The translations under genes and the position numbers were made by a program. DNA of 57,134 nucleotides from Candidatus Dojkabacteria bacterium. GTDB taxonomy: Bacteria; Patescibacteriota; Dojkabacteria; B142; OLB20. The stretch lies in NCBI GenBank assembly GCA_046753765.1, contig JBHHUN010000007.1:1-57134 (forward strand), read 5' to 3'. The notes beneath the pieces were generated by a model. It searched no databases. It saw nothing but the letters and a program-made list of their open reading frames with translations, and had not been told where the DNA came from. Below are positions 27,150 to 36,100 of the stretch, piece by piece (position 1 is the first letter of the stretch; every line of letters begins with the position of its first letter).

Positions 27150-30100
27150 CTAACCAAATGGAGAAGCTACTCTTGACTTGCCTTTTCCTGTTGGATCCAA
27201 TGGCAGAGCAAGATCAATTGCTTTTCCAGACCTGGCATCAACTTTTGCAAATACTTGACCAGCAGGGCTTCTAAACAGTGTACCCTTTTTCATCTGAGAA
27301 GAGGGGAATTTAAACCCAGGGGCATCTGAGCTTAGATGGTATTGCCCCGGTTTTGGAGAAAAGCCATACCGTCCTCTATCATCACTCATCTGAACATCAA
27401 CCTGACGACTCTCCTTAATATCAAATAGTCTAATAAATCCGCCCTTCACCCTGCTGCCCGACTTGGTATCGTAGATGTATCCCCAATTACGTTTGTTCCA
27501 ACCCTCGATAAGTTTAAGTACTACAAATTGTACTATGTATAACCCGACAATTACGAAGTTGAAAATGACGGGTGCAATGACGGTGATGATTACTGCTGTC
27601 ACAAACCCGATATAGACTAGGTATGTATTGAAGGACAGCAGTGTTGTCCTGATCCTGTGTCGAAGATCAGTTCGAACTTTTGCATTTCCGCCGCGAATTG
27701 TCATTTCAACATCCTCTGCAACTGACGAATCCTTCTCGGTAATCTTAATCTCTTTTTTGAACCTACCGTAGTCAGGATGCTCAACTTCTAATCGATATGT
27801 TCCCTGATCAATTGGCATACCGTACTTTCCGTTAAGATCAGTAACTCTTTCTTTAATGAACACGCCACCGCTGTACAGTCTAACTGTTGCAAAAGGTATT
27901 GCCTCTCGCGTTGTACCATCGAAAACAATGCCCCATGTTTTGTATTTCTTTCGGTCTTTGATCCAGCCAAGTGCAAACAGTACGAATCTTGGATATGCAA
28001 AGATGTCGAGAGCTATTGTAGCAGTTGTTGCAAACAGAAGCGCAGCCGGAATCGCAGCGAGTGCAAGCTGTCTTAGTATGTCGGCCTCTGGTGTCGTTCT
28101 TCTTGGGAAGTAACGACGGTAAGCGCTGACAGGAATTACACCATTCGCTTCACAATCAGTCGGCTCGTCATTTATCAAAACGTTACACACTATGTTGTAG
28201 ATTGCATCATTTGTACCGTCAAGGTTATCCAACTCAACAATTCCTGTGTGGTTTGTCACCCCCGGATCAGAAGCTGAACTGAATGGCAGATCATCTTCGT
28301 TGTGTCCATAATGGAGCTTGCAGTTTGCGATTCCCGCTGTAGAGTAATTAACAATTACCTGTGCCTGATTGTTAAATGCGATGTCATCCTCCTCAACGGA
28401 GATACACTCAAGAGCCTCTGTTGTCGGCAACTCTCCTCCCGGCGTTGTGAATGCATCGGTGTGCTCCCCCTGTCTGCCAGCGTTTGATTCAGCAATAATT
28501 CTGAATAGATAACCTTCTGCCTCTTCCAGATCAGTGATTGTGTCACAGTGCGACAACGAGTACGTAGTCTCGATATCTGTTGTATCAGTATAAACGCCTA
28601 CACTGCCTAAACCATAATCAATGCTTCCAACGGTAGGGATATTTGTATTCCAGCAGATCTCGACTGTAGTCTCATCAGTCTCATTCACAACCACATCGGT
28701 GATGTCCACACCTTGCTGGCAGTAAGCTGTGTTTGGATTGGCTGAACAGTCTTCACCCGGTGGAACCGTAGGTGTTACTCCCGGATCTGTTGGTGTTGGT
28801 GTGGGAGTAGCAGGTGGTGGTCCGGTTACTGTGATATCTGGTGTTGTCGCTGTTAGTGCCGCATTAATAGTATCGGTCACGGTTACTGTGTAGGTGCCAC
28901 CTTCGGTAAACGTTAGCTCATCTGTGAAGACGTGCTGTCCGGCATCTCCTCCGTTGAAGATGTAGTTCACTGGCAGTACTGCTGTGCCCGAAGTGGAGGC
29001 AAATGTCACCGTGCCGGTATAAGTTGGATCCTGGACTGCAAAGGAATCAAGTGCAGTAACAGTAAGTGTTAATGGATCCCCTGCGTTTACAGAGGTGCTG
29101 CTCACTCCAATTGTAAGGCTGTCTACTGTACTGACAATGAAATCTGCAGCGTTACTCCCGTTATTACCAAACTCTACCCAGTCACTGGTAATCCCCTCAG
29201 TTGAATTTACAACCCGCGCTCTCCATTTGTATGACTCTCCTGGGGTAAGCGCAGGGATTGTTGCCTGAGCAATGATTGCTGCACCCCCTGTATAACTTTG
29301 AATTGGACCTGTTGTAATCCCAAGAACGCCCTCATCTGGAGACGGATCTTTAGCAACTATCTCCCCTATGTGTACCTGTGCACCAGTGAAACTCTCATTA
29401 ACCAAGACAACCTCGAACACTGCCTGAAGATCTATCGGCGTAAGTGCAGTCCCTCCCGGGTCAGACATACTCGCCTTCAAAACAACCTCCTGCTCCTGTG
29501 TCCTACCACCTACAGGGATAATTGTTGATGCGTCTGATTTATACTGGTCTCTAAAAGTTGGTGTACTTGGTATCGTTCCCACCGAAGGATATGTTCCAAC
29601 CTGACCAGTTTGCCCGCCTGGCGAAGCCCCTTGTGCTACAGAGACTACCCCTGTAACATCACATGGCCCAAGAGTTGTAAGAATGGAAACTCTACCTCCT
29701 CCTCCTCCTCCTCCATCAAACACCTCATCTCCACCATCTCCCCCCTCAGCTGTAATATCTCCTGATATGTCACAAGTTTCTCCTTCAATCAATACACTAC
29801 CCCCAGCTCCTCCTCCTCCTCCGGGTGAAGCAGTAAGGCCATCTGTTCCACTTACATCAATTGTTCCAAACAGGTCTACGTTTCCTCTTCTTGCTCGAAT
29901 TGCAACCGCACCACCTCCTTTTCCACCGGAAGTTCCAGGCCCGGATGCTCCTCCTCCGGAACCAATACTCAAAGGCTCTCTTTGACTCCCATAGAAATCA
30001 CCAGCCTGGCCTTCTCCATTTCCGTCATCTTCCCCATTTCCACCTGTTCCACCATGTCCCCCGCCACCACCACCAGAGTTTGTATTCCCTCTTCTACCTG

Positions 30101-33100
30101 CTCCAGGTCCATCTCCTGGAACAAACCCTCTCCCAATACCATCTATCAAGGCTCCCGCCCCTAACGTGAAATCACCTGTAAGATGAAAAACTACACCTCT
30201 TCCAACCCTTACGCTATAAGCTGCGTCATAAGCATCCAGATAGTCCTGGTATTCTTGTGTCCCCAATCCGAATGCCCTCGCAATGATTTCGGTATCACCA
30301 AACACATGGTCATAGATTCCGAATTCGTCAATTAGTCCATTGTAGTTAGTAGTATATCCCTGCCCAATCAAAGCATTTGCCCCACTCACGACTGCATTTG
30401 GATAGATAGCTGCCTCCTCGTTGGTTTTTACGCCATTGATGTACCATTTCAACAGCATATTATCTAAATCGCGCACAACAGCGACATGATTCCATTGGTT
30501 TAATGTTAAAGCTGCCTGGGAAACAAACCCTTGATAAGGTGTTGTATCTGCTCCAGAAGTACCGTAGAAGTAGCTAAGTGTTCCATCTAATTCCTGAGTG
30601 ATAGTGCCTTCTCCACCATACGCTTTATTGTAGGGATTCTGCCTTGAGGCAAAGCTTCTAGGATACAACCACATCTCTATTGTCTGGTTGTGTGTCATCT
30701 GAAGGGCAGCAGGATTCCCCAGATCTACAAAACTGTCTACACCATTAAAATCGAGTGCTTTTTGATATTTTCCATCAACAATAACTGCTCCGGAGTTACC
30801 CCCATTATTTGAGTTCACGGAATCACAAACATCGCCGGAAGGTAAACATGTCCCTGCACTCAGTTCATCCATGTGAAGGAATAAGACTGCATTTGGACCT
30901 GCACCCAACTGATGTTCAGCTGGCAGGGGAGGATAGTTAATGCCTGAAGGTAACCCGAGCGGATCAGCCAGTGCTCTGGTTCTTACGTTAGTACCCAAGG
31001 TAAGGTCACGAAATGAGTAATCCGTCGGATCAAAGCTCATGCCATACGCCCCAGCATTGCCACTATTATCTATTATCAATGACCCTCGCTGTTGACCAAC
31101 CTCGAGTCCTTCTGCAACATAAATTGTTCCCGGACCGCCTCTGGTGCCTGATCCCCCGTAAGCCTGAAGTGTTGTACTTGGATCACCAGAAAAGTCATCA
31201 GTTAATCTTGCTTCCAGTGCAATTCTCCCACCTGCACCGCCACCTGCATCTGAGTACCCACCGCCACCATTTGCTCGAATTACTGGTGTTGAGGTTGGAG
31301 TTTTAGTCAACGTGTCTGCACTAATCCAAATACTTCCACCTGCACCACCACCACCCTGTCCACCCCAGGCATTTGAAACCCCGGCAGTCCCGTTTGTGGT
31401 TATTGTTCCATCTATTGTTGCAGTCCCTATCATATGTAACCCTATTGCCCCACCTCCGGTACCTCCCGCTGCTTTGACACCTACTAATCCACTCCCACGA
31501 CCCCCTCCACTACCCAGTTGTATTGGTTCTAAATAACTTCCATACGGACTTCCTGCAGCACCAACTCTTTGTCCACCATATCCACCATGACCTCCGCCAC
31601 CACCTTCTCTGTCTCCTTGCCCCCCACCACCTGGGCCACTTAGTTGACCATATCCTCCTGCATCCGCAGTAACTACTCCTCCACTTTCCAGAGCAAAATT
31701 GTCAAGATTTAAAGTGGGCCCCCGGTTATTTGTTGTATCCCCCACCATTGTTACGACTGATGTTCCACTCACACTTAAATCGCCAAAAGTGAAGTGTCCA
31801 TCTGTTGCCATTGTTGCAGTTGGATAGAGTGTCAGATCTCCATCTGCAGCAAGTGTTAGATCGTTAACATTCTGCCAGGTGCCCTTAATCGTGATTAGTC
31901 CATTTGTAACAGTGGTTGAGGATGCGGTTATTAGAACACCCCCTGGCTCTATGGAAACACCAGCGTCGGTGATCGCTGAGATTGCAGGTGCATTGACAGT
32001 ACCAAAGGTGGCAAGCTGTGAAGTTCCGTCTCCAACCAAGCTTGTACTCCCCGCGAGGTTAACGGTTGATCCCGGATCTGTAAGCTCTAAATCCCCATAT
32101 TCCGTCAGTTGAATTTGCTCAAAGTTGTAGGTTTCTCCGATACCTGATATTCCTGCACTTCTTCCATTTCTACCCGCATTATTCACAATAACCAGTCCCT
32201 CTCCTGGAGTTTGACTTGGTCCTTCATAGTATAGTGTGCCTGCACCGCCGTAGGTACCATTCCCGGTTCTTGCCTGCACTGTTGACAGACTGTCAAAGGT
32301 AAAATCATCAGTAGTGTGAGCATAAAGTGCAATTCTTCCGCCACCTCCCGCTCCTGCGTCAGAGTATCCATTTCCACCATTTGCATTAATAACCGGACCT
32401 GTTCCTCCGGTTTTTGTAAGCACATCTGCGCTTATCCAGATACTTCCTCCTGATCCTCCACCAGATTGTGCCCCGTGCGCATTAGTTGTTCCATTTCCCC
32501 CCACCGCTGTGATCAGCCCGTCTATAGTTACAGTATCTGTAGCAATTATTTTAATTGCTCCCCCTCCGGTTGCTCCAGCCGTTTGTTGATTAACTGATCC
32601 TTTACCTCTTCCCCCACCACTTCCGAGCTGTGTCGGTTGTCCAAAATCCCCATATGGAACACCGCCAGCGCCAATCCGTTGACCGCCATAGCCTCCATAT
32701 CCTCCTCCTCCTCCCTCTTTATCACCCATGTATCCCCGACCTGGTCCCGATTCACTTCCATACCCTCTAACATCCGCTGTAACTACTCCGCCTTCGGCCA
32801 AACTAAAGTTATCTAATAAAAGGCCGGGTCCCTGGTTATTTGCAGTGTCGCCTATAAACGAGATAGTTGATGTTGAGCTCACGGTTACATCTCCAAATGT
32901 GAAGTCGCCGTTCACTGCGCCTGTTGCTGTGGGGTATAGGATAAGATCCCCATCCGCTGCAAGAGTTAAATCAACTATGTCCTGCCAAGTACCTTTGATT
33001 GTTACTTCTGAATTAGTAACTGTAACGGAAGGGGAGGTAATTAATGTTCCCCCGGTTTCTATAAAGACGCCTGCATTTGAAAGGGCATTAACTGGTGGTC

Positions 33101-36100
33101 CATTTATTATTCCATACGTGACGAGTTGGGCTGTTCCATCTCCAGTTAGTCCAGCTGTAGAATTAAGATTTATTGTTGAGTTGGGATCTGTCAGTTCCAA
33201 GTCGCCATAACCAATCAGGTTGATGTTCTCGAAGTCGTATGTTTGAGCTACTCCGCTAATTGCTGCTCTTCTCCCATTTCTTCCTTTGTTATCAACGATA
33301 ACCTTACCCTGACCTGGTATTTGAGATGGTCCCTCGTAGTAAAGAGTTCCAGCACCCCCGTACGTACCGTTTCCACTACGCGCCTCCACAACCGTAGAAG
33401 TATCAATATTCAAATCATCAGTAGTATGGACATAAACTGCGACTCTCCCACCTGCACCTGCTCCTGCATCAGAATACCCATTCCCGCCATTGACAGTTAT
33501 CAATGGAGTACCTGCAGTTGTAGTTAGAATATCTGTTTCTAGCCATATGCTTCCTCCTGCACCACCACCCGACTGCGCACCGTGCGCATTAGTGGTGCCA
33601 TTGTTGCCGATAGCAGTGATTGTGCCATCTATTGTTGCAGTTCCGGCCACAATAAGCTTAATCGCCCCAGCTCCAGTCGCACCACTTGTTTTTTGACCCA
33701 CCAATCCACCGCCTCGTCCTCCACCACTACCGAGCTGAGTTGGCTGTTTGATATCATCATATGGAGCACCTCCTGCTCCAACCCTTTGACCTCCATAACC
33801 ACCGTGACCTCCACCTCCTCCTTCACGATCGCCAAAAGCGCCAGGACCTGGTCCTGATTCGCTTCCAAACCCCCTACCGTCGGCCGAAATTATCCCCCCT
33901 GAATCAATAGTGAGATTGTCGAGATTAAGTCCGACCCCTCTGTTATTAGTCGTATCCCCCAGAAGTGTTACGACCGAAGTAGAGCTTACAGATAAATCAC
34001 CGAACGTAAATTCACCAGCGACTGCCTGGGTCGCAGTTGGGTAAAAAATCATGTCGCCATCCGCAGCCAAAGTGATATCATCAATTCCCTGCCACGTGCC
34101 CCTCCAGGTTACAAGTGAATTAGTTACTGTTACTGCACTCGAGGTTATTAGTATTCCACCGGTTTCAATAAATACACCTGCATTTGTGATTGCATTCAAA
34201 ACAGGCCCGTTCACAGTTCCGTATGTAACCAGTTGGGAGGTTCCGTTTGCATCACCGGTTAAGCCTGCTGCAGATGTCAGGTTGATTGTAGATCCTGGAT
34301 CTGTCAACTCCAGGTGTCCGTAGTTAATCAGGTGAATGTTCTCAAATGTATATGTCTGGTTTAGTCCGCTGATTGCAGCTCTGCCACCGTTTCTTCCCAC
34401 ATTATCAACCCTAACCAATCCCTGCCCCGGTACCTGTGAAGGTCCTTCGTAATAATATGTGCCTGCCCCCCCATACGTACCAGCTCCTGTATATGCTTGA
34501 ATTGTTGTATTTGGATCTGTTGTGAAAGCATCGGTACCGGACGCGTAGATGGCAATACGCCCACCTGCCCCCCCCCCACCTGCACCGCCACCGCTACCGC
34601 CATTTACCCTCACTATCGGAGTTGAACCACCAGTTTTCGTAAGATTTGTGGCTTCAATCCATATTGATCCACCAGAACCACCGCCTGAATTGGCACCGTG
34701 CGCATTCGTCGACCCATTACCCCCATTCGCAGTTATCGTTCCATCAATTGTGGCTGTCCCTGAGACATCGAGTTTAATTGCACCACCGGCAGTTCCTCCA
34801 TTTCTACGTTGATTGAATGAACCATTGCCCCTACCGCCCCCACTCCCAAGCTGGGTCGGCTGGGTTATTGAATCATAAGGCACACCACCTGCTCCGTTGG
34901 TTGTAGCACCATAACCTCCGTGTCCACCACCTCCTCCTCTTTTAGATCCGATAATACCAGGTGACGGTCCGGCCTCGCTACCGTAACCTCTCGTGTCAGC
35001 TGTGACCAAGCCCCCACTGGTCAAAGTGAAATTGTCGAGGCTCAAGGTTACCCCTCTATTGTTGGTAGTGTCCCCAAGAAGGGTTACCACCGAACTGGAG
35101 CCAACGTTGAGATCTCCAAAAGTGAATTCGCCAGCGACCGCCTGTGTTGCAGTTGGATAAAACGTCAGATCTCCGTCTGCAGCTAACGTTATATCGTCGA
35201 TCCCTGACCAGGTCCCCCGCCAGGTAATTAGTGCGTTAGACACAGTCACGGCATTCGCCGCAATCAATGTTCCGCCAGTTTCGATGAATACACCAGAATC
35301 GGTTATGTTAGTTAAACTTGGTCCGTTAACTGTCCCAAATGTAACGAGCTGGGATGTACCATCACCAGTCAATCCAGCGGTAGATGTAATGTTTACAGTT
35401 GAACCAGGATCAGTAAGTTCTAAGTCTCCCTCCCCTGTCAAGTGGATATTTTCAAATGTATAGGTCTGATTTGTACCTGAGATACCAGCCCTTTTACCCA
35501 CTCTACCAACATTATCTACCCTGACCAATCCACTTCCAGACTGCTGGGATGGTCCTTCAATATAGATTGTTCCGGCACCACCATATGACCCTCCCCCAGT
35601 GTAAGCCTCAATTGTAGTGTTTGCGTCTTGTGTAACGTCATCTGTAGTTCTTGCGTAGATCGCTATTCTACCCCCTGCACCAGCACCACCAGAACCACCC
35701 CCACTACCCCCATTAGCCCTGATAATCGTTGTAGCTCCGGGTGTTTTTGTAAGAATATCAGTGTCGATCCAGATCGCACCACCAGACCCTCCACCGGAAT
35801 TGGCTCCGTGTGCATTAGTAGAACCATTCCCTCCTATCGTTGTAATCACACCATCCAGCGTAGCAGAACCCGTAATTTCAAGATGAATCGCACTCCCTCC
35901 AGGTCCACCATTTCTGCGTTGGTTGAATGAACCGTTCCCTCTACCTCCACCGCTTCCCGGTTGCGTAGGCTGTTTTATATCATCATAAGGAACTCCAGAG
36001 GCACCATTTCCCGTTCCCCCATAACCACCGTGTGATGCGCCTCCTCCTCTTTTACTTCCAATAATTCCTCTCCCAGGGCCACTTTCGCTTCCGTATCCGA